From: Felis catus
Taxonomy: Eukaryota
Assembly (NCBI RefSeq): GCF_018350175.1
Contig: NC_058368.1
Coordinates: 140,990,001 to 141,054,000, forward strand
DNA length: 64,000 nucleotides
Direction: 5' to 3'
The translations under genes were made by a program, and so were the position numbers. The notes under the pieces are model-generated. The model did no database searches. It saw only the letters and a program-made list of their open reading frames with translations, and was not told the origin of the DNA. Shown here one piece after another: positions 22,860 through 35,745 of this stretch (its first letter is position 1; each line of letters begins with the position of its first letter).

Positions 22860-23090
22860 AGTGTGGTGGTTAAGAACACAGGCTTTGAACATGGTGCTTG
22901 GGTTCAGCTTTGCCATATACTAGCTCTGAAAGCTTGGAACGGTTCCTTAGCTTCTCTGCTTCCTTCGCTTTTTCCTGTCTAAACTGCATAACAGAAGGAG
23001 TCACACTTAGCATTATGACAAGAATGGAATATGATAGCACATGAAAAACTCTCACCACAGTGTTTGCCCAGAGTGAGTCATTAGTCAACC
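22860..23090 (+). mobile_element. MIR
   Basis: gtggttaagaacacaggctttgaa..., tttttcctgtctaaactg. Confidence 0.6.
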
Positions 23091-23510
23091 ATGGTAGTTG
23101 TCCCTGAATGAGTTATAAAGCAGCACAAGGGATATTTTCTGTTCATTGTACCCTTCTTCCCCTTCCTCCTGAGACCGGCTCAGCTCCCTACTTGGGATGA
23201 GGTGCCCTTTATTCCCTTGAGAAAGCTAAGTGGGATCTTAGGGTGAGGGTGGCACAGAAGGCCCTCAAACCTGCCTCTGGTCCAGGCCCCATGTTGGGGT
23301 TCTTGTGGGGCTCTCTCCCATCGTGAACCCACCTCTTCACCATGGTAAGGGACTACTCCATGACCTGGGAGCCAAGTACACATCTGCCTGGAGGAGCCTA
23401 AGTACAGTAGATGTCCCCTTTACAAGCCTATGATTTAGGTGACAATGGGCAGCTAGTGGAGCATTGAAGAACTTGTTTTTTTATTGTTGCTTTTTAAAAT
23501 GAATTTTACA

Positions 23511-24089
23511 GGGGCGCCTGGGTAGCTCAGTCAGTTAAGTGTCCAACTTCAGCTCAGGTCATGATCTCACAGTCTGTGAGTTTGTGCCCCATGTCGGGCT
23601 CTGTGCTGACAGCTCAGAGCCTGGAGCCTGCTTCAGATTCTGTGTCTCCCTCTCTCTCTGCCCGTCCCATGCTCGCACTCTGTCTCTCTCTCTCTCTCTC
23701 TCTCAAAAATAAATAAACATTAGAAAAATTTAAAAAAATAAAATAAAATGAAATGAAATAAAATAAAATGAATTTTACAGGGGCATCTGTGTGGCTCAGT
23801 TGGTTGAGTGTCCGACTCTTGATTTCAGCTCAGGTCATGATCCCAGGGTTGTGGGATCAAGTCCTGTGTCAGGCTCTGCACTAAGCATGGAGTCTGCTTA
23901 AGATTCTCCTCTCTTGGAGACATCTGGGTGGCTCAGTTGGTTAAGCATCTGACTTCAGCTCAGGTCATGATCTCACTGTTCATGAGTTCGAGCCCCACTG
24001 TTGGGCTCTGTGCTGAGAGCTCGGAGCCTGTAGGCTGCTTCGGATTCTGTGTCTGCCTCTCTCTCTGCCCCTCCCCTGCTGGTGCTCTG

Positions 24090-24133
<44 letters not shown>

Positions 24134-24278
24134 TCAAAAACAATAAACATTAAAAAAAATTAAAAAAAAAAGATTCTCTCTTTTTCTCTCTCTCTCTCCA
24201 TCTCTGCCCCTCCCCCCTGCTTGTGCATGTGCTCTCTCTCTCTCTCTCTCTAAAATAAAATAAAAACTAAACAAATTA
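23511..24278 (+). mobile_element. Cluster of three Can-SINEs (23511-23764; 23780-24278 with 23916-24170 nested inside)
   Basis: Three heads. TSDs aaaatgaattttaca and aagattctc..tctt. Confidence 0.92.
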
Positions 24279-24289
24279 AAATGAACTTC

Positions 24290-26060
24290 ACAATGCAATT
24301 TATGTACAGTAAAATGCTACCATTTTAAATGTATAGTTTGATGGGTTTTGAAAAATGTGTACAGCCATGTAAGCACCACCTAAATCCAGATACAGAATAT
24401 TTCCATAACTCTCCCAAGTTCTCTTATACCCTGTTCACTAAATCTTCCTTTTTCCCACCCGCAAGCGACCACTGATCTGTTTTCTGTCACTATAGAAAAG
24501 TTTGCATTTTCTAGAATTTCATACAAATGGAATATAAAAGGCTTCTTTCATTTATCATAGATAGTGCTTTTGAGATTCACCTATGTTGCATGTATCAGTG
24601 GATTCTTTTTTTTTTTTTTTTTTGGGCTGAATTTTATATACCACAGTTCATTTATCCATTCCTCTGTTGATGGACATTTGGGTTTTTTCTGGTTTGAGGG
24701 TATTGTTTATACAGTATTTTGAAAATGCTGCTATGAACATATAAGTCTTTGTGTGGACATATATGATATATATACTTTTAAGTTTTTTATTTATTTACTT
24801 TAAGTAAACTCTACACCCAACATGGGGATCAAATTCATGACCCCAAGATCAAGAGTCCAATGCTCTTCCGACTAAGCCAGCCAGGCACCCCTGTGTGGAT
24901 ATATATTTTAACTTCCTTTGGATAGATACCTGAAGTAGAATTACTGCATAATATGGTGACTGTATGTTTAAATTTGTGAGAAACTACTAAATGTTTTCTG
25001 ACGTAGTGGTAATGTTTTACACTCCTAACAGCAACGTATGAAAGTTCCAGGGGTTCACATCCTCAATGACACTTAATATGGTCTGTCTCTCATTTTGGTC
25101 ATTCTAGTGGGTGCGAAGTAGTACCTCATTTTGTTTGTTTTTTTGTTTTGTTTTTTGAGAGAGAGAGAAAATGCCTATGCTTGGGGGGAGGGGCAGAGGG
25201 AGAGGGAGAGAGAGAGAGAAAGAGAGAGAGAGGGAGAGAGATAATCCCAATCAGGCTCCAGACTAAGCTCCATGCTAAGCCCTAATGCAGGGCTCAATTC
25301 CATGACCCTGGGATCATGACCTGAGCTGAAATCAAGGGTCAGATGCTCAACTGACTGGGCCACCCAGGCACCCCCTCATTTTGGTTTTAATTGGCATTCT
25401 CTTTTTTTTTTTTTAATTTTTTTTTCAACGTTTATTTATTTTTGGGACAGAGAGAGACAGAGCATGAACGGGGGAGGGGCAGAGAGAGAGGGAGACACAG
25501 AATCGGGAAACAGGCTCCAGGCTCTGAGCCATCAGCCCAGAGCCCGACACGGGGCTCGAACTCACGGACCGCGAGATCGTGACCTGGCTGAAGTCGGACG
25601 CTTAACCGACTGCGCCACCCAGGTGCCCCAATTGGCATTCTCTTAATGACTAATGATGTTGAGGTCTTCCCGTGTATTTATTGGTCATTCATATATCTTG
25701 TTTTGTGGAGTGTGATTTCAAATATTTTGCCTATATTTAATTGGTTTCTGTCTTAATAGTTTTTTTTTTAATTTTAATGTTTATTTTTGAGAGAGATAGA
25801 GAGAGAGAACATGAATGGGAGAGGGGCAGAGAAGAGAGGGAGACAGAGGATCTGAGGCTCTGTGCTGACAGCAAAGAGCCTGATGCAGGGCTTAAACTCA
25901 CAAACTGTGAGATCATGACCTGAGCTAAAATCAGACACTTAACCAACTGAGTCACCCAGATGCCCCTCTGTCCTCATAGTTGAATTGTATTAATTCCTTA
26001 TGTATTCTGCATACAAATTCTTTGTCAGATGTATGTATTGCAAATATTCTCTCCCATTCT
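24290..26060 (-). mobile_element. Old L1MB/MC 3' region with inserted SINEs (24780-24891, 25130-25375, 25404-25629, 25760-25966)
   Basis: tttatccattcctctgttgatggacatttggg and similar words. The young SINE 25404-25629 has a perfect TSD aattggcattctctt. Confidence 0.85.
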
Positions 26061-26809
26061 ATGGGATAAAATAGAGTGCTCTGACTTATATGACAAATTT
26101 TAAGGTGATATTTATCACATGGAATCCATGACCTGAATGAAAGGTTAGGGAAACTATAGGTTTTTAATGAGAAAGTCAAGTTTAATTAATTATCCTCTGA
26201 TGAGTAGATTTGCATTGGGGTTTGGCAAGTGAAGTTTAACAGCTAATTACAAGGACTGTCTGTAAATAATAACCTGTATCCCCAGTTTCATGGTGGAGAT
26301 GTCACAGTTGCTGTTTGTTGAAGGACAGCAAGGCAGATGGAATGAATACTAACTGAAACTTATAGGGGCCTCCCAAAAACAGTGCTCTGAGAGTTGAAGA
26401 ATGGATCTCAATTGTCAACCACAGATTGAGATGGAATCAGTAGTTTCAGAGTATATGCTATGTGCCCGGTTGCCTTTGAATCATGGAGGCAGCAGAGACT
26501 TCCAGATGGCGTCTAGTTGTTTCCCTTCTACCAGGCCATAATGCATCCAGTTATTTCAGACAATATCATCTTGCTCTGTCCTTCCAATTCTATCTCCCAT
26601 TTAGCTAATTCCCCTCAATACTTAGGTAACAGGCAAAGTTTGTATAATTTACTATATCAAGAGCATTTGGCAGAATTCAACACCCATTTATGACTTAGCC
26701 ATCTTGGAATAGAAGGGAACTCCCTTGACCTAACATAGGGCATCTATAAAAACCCTATAGCTAACATCATACTGAATGGTGCATGAGTGAATGTTTTTTC
26801 CTTAATAAT

Positions 26810-27100
26810 GAGAAAATCACTTTGGCTGCAGAATGCAGAATGGATTGTAGAGAGGTGGGCAAAAGTCAGGATATAATGCCATCTAGGAGATTATTGCAGT
26901 AGTTCGGGCAAAGTTGAAAGCTTAGACTTGAGTGGCAGCCAGAGAAGTGAGAGATGGCCGACAGGCAGAACAGACGGCGCTTATTCACAGATTGGATATG
27001 GGGATTGAGGGAGTGTTGTGAGGGTGACTCCTGGGTGTTAGCTCACTCAGCTGGATGCATGGTGCTGCCACTCAGTGAACAGGAAAATCAGGAAGATGAG
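26810..27100. mobile_element. L2 fragment
   Basis: aatcactttggctgcag...ggattgtagagagg...ttattgcagtagttc. Confidence 0.6.
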
Positions 27101-27384
27101 AAATGGACGTTTTCCTCTGCAGGGACTCTACTCTCTATATACCATGGCCCCCCAGAGTCAATAAGAAGGGTCTGCTATCTGTGGAAGAGATATGTATTCA
27201 GAAGGGGAGTAAGGTATTTTCAAGTGTCTGAAAATATATTCAAATACACAGGCCTCCGTGACTATACATGCATACTGAAAGAGAAACACAGGGCTTATGA
27301 AATAAATTGTTGGGAAGATGTGCCAATTCTGAAATAGTGGAGAAGTGAGAAGGATAGATTTCAAGATGCTTGATAATAAAGCTC

Positions 27385-27606
27385 TTTTTTTTAAATTTTA
27401 TTTTAACGTTTTATTCATTTTTGAGACAGAGACAGAGCATGAACAGGGGAGGGTCAGAGAGAGAGAGGGAGACACAGAATCTGAAACAGGCTCCAGTCTC
27501 TGAGCTGTCAGCACAGAGCCTGACGTGGGGCTTGAACTCACAGACCGTGAGATCATGACCTGAGGTGAAGTCGGACACTCAACCGACTGAGCCACCCAGG
27601 CACCCC
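27385..27606 (-). mobile_element. Can-SINE
   Basis: TSD taaagctcttt. Confidence 0.93.
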
Positions 27607-27989
27607 TAAAGCTCTTTAACATATTACCTAATTTAGGTATCACTATATCCAAATGAGATAGAATTTTTCTGATACCTGCTTTCAGATGAGAAACCAGAGG
27701 CTCACATTTATTGATTTGTTCAACACAAATCAATAGCGAAAGGGGGTTTTAAATTTAAATCTTATGATGGTAGTGTCCCTGACCTTTTCAGTGCTGCAGT
27801 GAAAGTTAACTTCAGCCAGGAAGAGGGTCATCAGAAAGAATTCAGGTCTCTCTAGGCTGTGTCTTCTCTTATAGGCTGTTTCTTTTTCTCCTACCCAGCT
27901 CAATCCTACTTACCCTTCAAGGCTCAGTTCAGATTGCTCAGCTTTCATAAATCTTTTATATCCATTCTTGCCTACTGATTTCTTCCATT

Positions 27990-28150
27990 CAAAACATTTA
28001 AATCATATTTTATTTAATGCAATATTTCAAAAATAACATTTCAACATGTAGTCAATATAAAATGGAGATATTTTACATTTTTTTTCTGTTCTAAGGCTTT
28101 GAAATCTAGTATACACTTTACACTTACAGCACATCTCAGTTTGGACACAT
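27990..28150. mobile_element. MER33/MER3-like hAT-Charlie fragment
   Basis: atttcaacatgtagtcaatata..., tttacacttacagcacatctcagtttggac. Confidence 0.7.
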
Positions 28151-29149
28151 CTATTTTTTTACCTACTGGTTTGTCCGCCGTCTCCTCCTTCATTACCTTC
28201 TCTTCTGCTGTTACTGAGAAGATGGTGCACTTTCTAATTGTCACTTCCACGGCTCTCACCCCAGCCATCACCTGACACCCCAACCCATCTGTGCCACATA
28301 TTTCTAGAGCCTTCTGCCTGGCAGGGCATCACAGCTGTCCACCCTCAGAGTCAGTTTTCAAGCTGCTGTTGCTAGCCACCCAAGCAGAGGCTGCTATCAC
28401 ACACTCTGTGAGGAGTGAAGCCTCTTCCTGCCCTGTTTTGTTGGCATTGTGACCATGACCCCCAGGGGCTCAGACCTGGGCAGTGTAGTCAAAGCCTGCA
28501 GAGTTCAAAGATGGACTCCCTCCTCTGGAGGTGGGGGTAGAGAGTGTGAGATGGTCCCCAAGCTGCCACCACCTGTGTCTGCCATCACCGGTATCTCTTT
28601 GGCTTCCTCAGGGCCTTTGGTACTGATGTGGGTCTCCCGGGCATGGTTGGGAGTAGTGAGGCCACAGGTTTGATCAGCCCCAGACCAGTTGACAGGTGGG
28701 AGGAACGTGTGTTTTCCTCTTCCATAATTGCACCTCCCCATGGAACTTGCCCTTTGTATCATTCTGTGTGACATGTGTGTGTTTACCACATACTATTTTG
28801 TCCTTTTACTTAAATCTACATCTGTTCACTTATGTATTCATTATTTTTCAACCAACAGTTACTGAATGCATATGCACAAGGCACTGTTCTGGGTAGTAGT
28901 TCTGTATTTAAGTCTACAAACCTCAGCTAAATTTTAAGGTTTATTTCTGTTGTTGGGGCAGAACATAAGCATAGGACATGCTGAAGGAGGTGGGGGGGGC
29001 TTCTTTCTCAGGCTTGTTCTTTTGGTCCTAGATACTGGAGAGTCGTGAGGTACTTCAGGGTACTCTGGGTGCAGAGGAAAGATGGCGTCCACTATATGAA
29101 GGCCAACCTGGGTCTCCTGTGAAGCCCAAGTGATGAACAGAAGAAGAAT

Positions 29150-29253
29150 TTTGATTTTTTAATTTAATTAATTAATTAATTAATTAAGAGAGAGAAAGAG
29201 AGAGAGAGGGAGAGGGAGAGAGAGTGCAAGCAGGGGGAAGGAGCAGAAGGGGA

Positions 29254-29297
<44 letters not shown>

Positions 29298-29422
29298 CTT
29301 AAACAGGCTCCATGCTCAACACAGAGCTTGACATGGGGCTCAATCCCACAACCCTGGGATCATGACCTGAAGCTGAAATCAAGAGTGTGATGTTCAACAA
29401 ACTGAGCCACCCCAGGTGCCCC
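29150..29422 (-). mobile_element. Can-SINE with (GA)n
   Basis: TSD-like agaagaattt. Confidence 0.9.
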
Positions 29423-29944
29423 AGAAGAATTTCTTTTTCTAAGCCGTTTCTCTGCGTGTTTCTTAAACCGATGTCCTTTGTGTTTGAACTTAGTGTGAAT
29501 GACCATCTTAGTGGTCAATAGAAACAACAATGACAATAGAAAATGTTAAAAACATAAGATTTTGTTGATTGTAAAAGCTATAGAAACACACCTGCATTTA
29601 GTCAGTACAGAATCCTCTCAGTCGTAGGTGCATTTTTCTGGATACCCCTCCCCTCCATCACACAGAAGCCAGCCTAAGGACCTGTGAGGGGTGAGGTTTC
29701 ACCAGAATAGAGAAGCATCCCCTTTGCTGTTTTCACAGGAATGGGGATAGGATGGATTTGTAACCTCTTAGCTCTTCAGCTGTTTCTGATACCTTATCTT
29801 GGATATCCCTAAAGTAAACCCAAGACAAAGAATCACAAACAGGTAGTTTATTTGAGAAAGGATACTAGACGCCAAGTGTGAGGGATAAGGGAGTAAAACA
29901 GGAACAGTGGAAAAACCAATACAAGAATGCACTCTCAATACACA

Positions 29945-31215
29945 GGTGACTGATGAGCACATGAAAACGTGCCCAATATCATTAATCATTGGGGGGATTA
30001 AAATTAAAATCAAATGAGATACCTGCTGGAGGTCTGCTAGAATGGCTAAATTACAACGGCTGGTCGCAACAAATTGGCAAGCCTGTGGAGTAGTTGGAGC
30101 TCTCATAAATAAATTATTGGTAGGAGTATAAAATGGTGTATCCGCTTTGGAGAGGTCTGGCAGTTTGTTATAAAATGAAACACACATAGGGTGCCTGGGT
30201 GGCTCAGTCAGTTAAGCATCTGATTTCAGTTCAGGTCATGATCTCGTAGTTCACGATTTCGAGCCCCACCTTGGGCTCTGCACTGACAAGCAGAGCCTGC
30301 TTCAGATTTTGTCTCCCCCTCCCTCTGGCCCTCCTCCTCCTGCATGTGCTTTCTCTCTCTCACTCTCTCTCTCTCTCAACAATAAGTAAACATTAAATTA
30401 AAAAATAGAATAAAATGAAACACACATCTCTATGGCCCAGCAGTTCCTTTCCTAGATACTTACTCAGTGCAAATATCTACAAACAACCATGTATAAGAGT
30501 GTTCACAACAGCATTATTTATAATAGTCAAAAACTTGAAACACCATACTTACAGAATGGGTAAGCAAACTGTGGTATGTTCATGCTGTGGAGTACTACTC
30601 AGCAGTAAAAGGGAAGACTATTGATACAACATATGGATAAATATTAAAATATGCTGAGTGAAAGAAGTACTATATATAGCCATTTACACAAAAGGGTACT
30701 AAGTGTTTCCATTTATATGAAGTTCTAGAATAGGCAAAACTAATCTACAGTGAAGAAAAAATAGTGGTATCTGTGTGTTTTTAAATGCGGATTGACAGAA
30801 AATGGGTATAAGGGAGTGCTATGTATCTTCAGAGGGTTTGGGTTACACAGGTAAATTTATTTTTCAAAATTACTTAGTGATACTCTTAAGATTTTTACCT
30901 TTCACAGAATGTGAATTTTGCCTTAAAAGAAAAAAAAATCATAAACATATTGAATTACAGTCAGTGATATCCATGCTGAAGTATTTAGAGGTGAATTATA
31001 CTGTTATCTGTAAATTACTATGAAATGCATTAAAAATAAGATTACTTAGTAGATGGATAGAAGGATAGATAAATGAATAGACATGTAAGAAAGAAGGAGT
31101 AAAATGTTAATTGTACGATCTAGATAATGGATACATGGGTTTGACTGTAAAATTCTTTCAATTTCTCCTTGTGTTTGAAAAATTTTCATAATAAAGAGTA
31201 GGGTAAAAAGAAAAA
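29945..31215 (+). mobile_element. L1MC-like 3' region with a Can-SINE (30188-30414, +), inserted in ERVL-type LTR remnants
   Basis: L1 3' words. SINE TSD taaaatgaaacacacat. Flanks 29790-29940 and 31215-31565 look like LTR16/33. Confidence 0.75.
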
Positions 31216-31566
31216 TACAGTATCAGTGTAGACACAGCTGAGCAAGTGGTGTTGAAGTCTGTTGGAATGTTCTGAGGAGTCTTATGAAGTCTACCTCAGA
31301 ACCTAGCTTGTTGGTGGTGAAAGGTAAAGCATTTATTCATTGGTTTCTTTCTTATCATATGAGTAATGGAAGGCCTCCAGCAGGTGCCCCACACCTTATG
31401 GAATTCCCATTGTAGGAAGCTAGAGGTACATAGCATGGGCGAAGGCTGGATGCTTCAGGTTACATTTGGGTGCATCTGGTCAAAACTTGTACAGAACTGG
31501 TCACTTGCAGCAATGGCTGGAGTTAAGAGTCAGACGAGAGGTTATAAAGTGCTGCAGAAGAAGTAT

Positions 31567-32400
31567 TGTGTTAGTTACCTATTGCTGCATGATGGATTAC
31601 CCCAAAACTTAGTATCTCACAACAAACAATTATTTTTTTAACTTAAATTTTAGTTAACATACAGTGCAATGTGGATTTCAGGAGTAGAATTCAGTGATTC
31701 ATCACTTACATACAACACCCAGTGCTCATCACAAGCGCCTTCCTTAGTACTCATCACCCATCTAGCACATCTCTCACTCACCTCCCTCTGTCAACCCATA
31801 GTTTGTTCTCCATCACGAAGAGTCTCTTGTGGTTTCCCTCTCTTCTCCTAACCCCCCACTTCCCATATGTTCATCTGTTTACAACAAACAGTTATTATCC
31901 GCAGTTTCTTTGGGTAAGGAATTCAGGATCAGCTTAGCTGGGTGGTTCTGGCTCAGGGTCTCCCATGGTATTATATCCAGTATTTAAAGCCAGGGCTGCA
32001 TTTATCTAGAAACTTGAATTCGAGCTGAAAGAACCATGCCTCACAACATGGCCTTTGGCAAGAGTCTTAATACCCCCAATATGTGAACCTCATAGTTGAG
32101 GGCTATTTGCATGTCCCTATGACATGTCAACTGGCTTCCCTCAGAGTGAGTGATGAAATTGTGGGCAGAGGGATAGAGGAGGAAGGGGTGTGTGCAGGCA
32201 GGGGATAGGAGGGGAAAGATGTGTGTCACATTACTTTTATTTAGTCTCAGAAGTCTAGAAACACACTATCACTTGCATCATGTTCTCTTCCTTAGAAGTG
32301 AGTCACTAAATACAGTCCACACTCAAGGGGAAAAAAAGTAGGTTTCACCTTTTGAAGGAAGGACCCTCAAAGCATTTGAGAACATATTTTTAAACCACAA
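31567..32400 (-). mobile_element. MLT1-type LTR interrupted by a carnivore L1 3' end (31635-31880, -)
   Basis: tgtgttagttacctattgctgc...; gcttagctgggtggttctggctcaggg. L1 TSD acaacaaaca(a/g)ttatt. Confidence 0.8.
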
Positions 32401-32404
32401 CAGG

Positions 32405-32596
32405 TTTTTTAAAATGTTTATTTATTTTGAGAGAGGGAGAGAGAGAGAAAGATAGACTGAGACTGCGAGTGGGAGAGGGCAGAGAGAAAGGGAGAGAGAG
32501 AACCTCAAGCAGTCTCTGCGCTGTTAGCACAGGGGCTGACGCAGGGCTCAAAATCACGAGTCAGGCACAAAACTGTCTGAGTCACCCAGGTGCCCC
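32405..32596 (-). mobile_element. Can-SINE
   Basis: TSD-like ccacaaca(g/t)gttt. Confidence 0.88.
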
Positions 32597-32639
32597 CACA
32601 ACATGTTTGTATTAGAGTTCAACCTTTTACTTTTTAGAA

Positions 32640-33460
32640 ACTTTATGCTTTCCATTTAGTCCAGTCTGTCTAGAGTCTTCTTCAAGGTAGTGGCCAGATC
32701 CATATGCTACAAAGATTTAATACAGGAAGGCTAGTAGAAGAAGTTACAATCACTTCTGCTGCAACAGGCCCCAAGTCTGTAATTTGTCATTTCCCTTTCC
32801 CACTATCTGCTCAGATTTCCCTTGCCCTCAGCCAGTCCTTTGGCTGATCTAGGTTGCTCTCCTGATGGATGACTCAGACTTCCATCTCCGAGGGGTCAGA
32901 ATTTTTAGTTGTCTGTGTAAGGCCAGATTGCAGTTTCCCATTTCATCATCACCAGTCATAGAATCATCAATCACTGTCCCAGTGAATCTTGTGCATTCCA
33001 GGCACTCTCCTCCCTGCACACACTCTGTAACAGCAGTTTAGCTCTTCATGGTAGTCAGAGTCAGTGACTCTTGCCAATATGGTAACATCTTTCTTGGCTT
33101 GCTGGTCTACTGCCTTGAAAGGTCTGAAGTTAACAGGTGGTAGTAATGTCTTCATGTTCAGTGGAAGCCCAACCACTTCCCCTAAGGAAATATTTTCCTA
33201 CCTGAAAGTAGGACTGTTAATTCAACAGACTTCAACTGTGGGGGTAGGAAACACAACGTTTTAATTGGATCATGAAGAGTGATGGTGAGAGAGGGGCCAA
33301 TCTACTTCCACCTCACATTTCCTGCACCAGTGTTGCTAAAAACTGGGGACATGGTACCATATACCAGTTGTTGCTTGAGCATGTGTATACAGTATTCTGA
33401 AGGGCGGTATTATAATAGCAGAATGTTGTCCCTGAGCTGACACTTTAGCTGAGTTATTAA
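32640..33460 (-). mobile_element. Degenerate ERVL/MaLR internal sequence
   Basis: Shifted frames resemble ERVL dUTPase-region words (QQAKKDVTILARVTDSDYHEE). Confidence 0.55.
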
Positions 33461-33469
33461 AATGACTTT

Positions 33470-34751
33470 CCAAGAAGCTCTGCTTCTAGCCATGATGGAG
33501 TAATTGCCTTTTGAACATAAGCAACTAGAAAACTGAACAAAATGTAGGAAATAATTGTTTTCAAATATTGGACAAGAGCCAAAGATTGCAGTCCCTGAGA
33601 AAACGAAAACAAATGGGCCAAGACCTACAACTGCATAGACTTTCTGCTTGTAGATAGCCCCAAGACTGTGATTCTGAAAGGGGAAACCATACAGAGTGTG
33701 GCAATCCCATGAAGTGAAGTAGATACAGATTGTAGTTCAAGAAGACCAAGATAATTCATAGTAACTATAAGAAGACCAAGGCAGAATACCTGAGAAAAGT
33801 GACTATACAAAAAGTGCTCAAGCAGCCTTTGTAGGAATACTCTTTAATATTTGTCTGAACATCAGTCTACACAGGAATATGGTGCAATTCCAGAAGTCTG
33901 GAAGAACAACTTCCAATAAAAGACCAGTTGTGAGTCAGCTATAAGACAAATCATAATCTAAGTTTACACAGGACTAGGAGCCATTTGAATTCCCCCAAGC
34001 CAGAGTAAAAAGACCTTGGCAAATACACATGAAAGTTAGTAGAAATCCTAGAAAGGCAACATTTTGAAGTGGGGCTGAGTTATATCTCAATTAAATGCTA
34101 TTCTAAACTGCCTTAGAAGATCCTAAAAACATACCTCAAAAGGATCAACTATCTTCAAGAAAAATTCCAAAAGGAAAAGTCCAATACTCATTAAAGACAT
34201 GCAATGAAGTCTAGCATCCAACAACTTACAATTTCCAATACCCAGAATTCAGCACAAAAGTAACAGACATGCAGAATGAGGAAAATGTGAATGATAACCA
34301 AGAGAAAAATTAGTCACAAGACCAACTCAGAAATGACCATCTATGGGATTAGCAGACAAGAATATTAATACATCCATTAGAAATATGCTGCATATACTCA
34401 AAGATGAAGAAAGAGCCTGAAAATGATGAGATGAGAAATGGAAGATTTAAGAAGGACTCAACTCAAGCTTCTAGAGTTAAAAATAAAGTATCCAAAATTA
34501 ACACACTGGTTGGCTATAATAACAAATTAGATACTAGAGAAGAAAAGGGCAGTGAACATAATGACATAGAAAAAAACTATCATTAACTAACTTGAATATA
34601 AATTTTAAAAAAGGGGGCATCTGGCTGGCTCAGTCAGTTAAGCATCCAACTTCAGCTCAGGTCTTGATCTCATAGTCTGTGAGTTCTAGCCCCACGTCTG
34701 TGCTGACAGCTCAGAGCCTGGAGCCTGCTTCAGATTCTGCTCTCCTCCGCA

Positions 34752-34788
<37 letters not shown>

Positions 34789-35745
34789 CCTCCCCCACTC
34801 ACGCTCTGTTTCTCTCTCTCTTTCAAAAATAAATAAACATTTAAAATTTTTTAAATAAAAAAAACTGTCAAAAAATCCACATTGAAGCACAGTGAGAAAA
34901 GATTGGAAAACCAAAGCATCGCTAGCTATGGAATAATATCTAGTGGTGTACTATGTGTGCATTTGAAGTATCAGAAAGAAAGGGATCAAAAAATATTTGA
35001 AGAGGTAAAAGTAAAAAATGTCCAATTTTTCATGCCTGTTAGGATGAATTATCTTTTTTTTTTTCCGAAAGGAAACTAAGTGTTGGTGAGGATGTGGAAA
35101 AATTGGGACACTTGTGTTTTGCTGGAGGGAATGTAAAATGCTGCTGCAGCTGTGGAAAAACAGTTTGGTGATTCCTCAAAAAGTTAAACAGAATTGTCAC
35201 ATGATATAGCAATTCCACTTCTCAGTATATCCCCCAAGGAATTGAAAGCTGAGATTTAAGCAGATACTGTATACTGCTGTTCCTAGAAGCATTATTCAAA
35301 AAACCAAAAGATAGAAACAACCCAAATGTCAATCAGTAAATGAATGGATAACTGACATGTAGTATATGCATATGATGGGATATTATTCATCTTTTCAAAG
35401 CGATGAAATTTTGAAATATGCTAAAATATGGATTAGCCTTGAAAACATTATGCTAAGTGAAATAAACCAGATTTAAGAAGAAAATATTGTATGGTTCCAC
35501 AAATCATATTAATGACATACTCAAAATAGGTAAATTCATAGGGACAGAAAAGGTTATCAGGGCCTGGGGGGAGGGAGAATGCAGAGTTATTGCTTGATGT
35601 GTTTAGAGGTTCACTTTGGGATGATGAAAATTTTTTGGAGTGTTGATGGTTGCACAGTGTTGTGAATGTACTTAATACCCCTGAACAATCCACTTAAAAA
35701 CAGTTAAAATGGTAAATTTATGTATGTATATTTTACCAAATAAAT
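33470..35745 (+). mobile_element. Old L1 remnants (5'/ORF1 part and L1MB-like 3' end) with a Can-SINE (34614-34864, +)
   Basis: ORF1-like A-rich tract, then tgttggtgaggatgtggaaaaattgg...cacttaaaaacagttaaaatggtaaatt. Confidence 0.8.
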
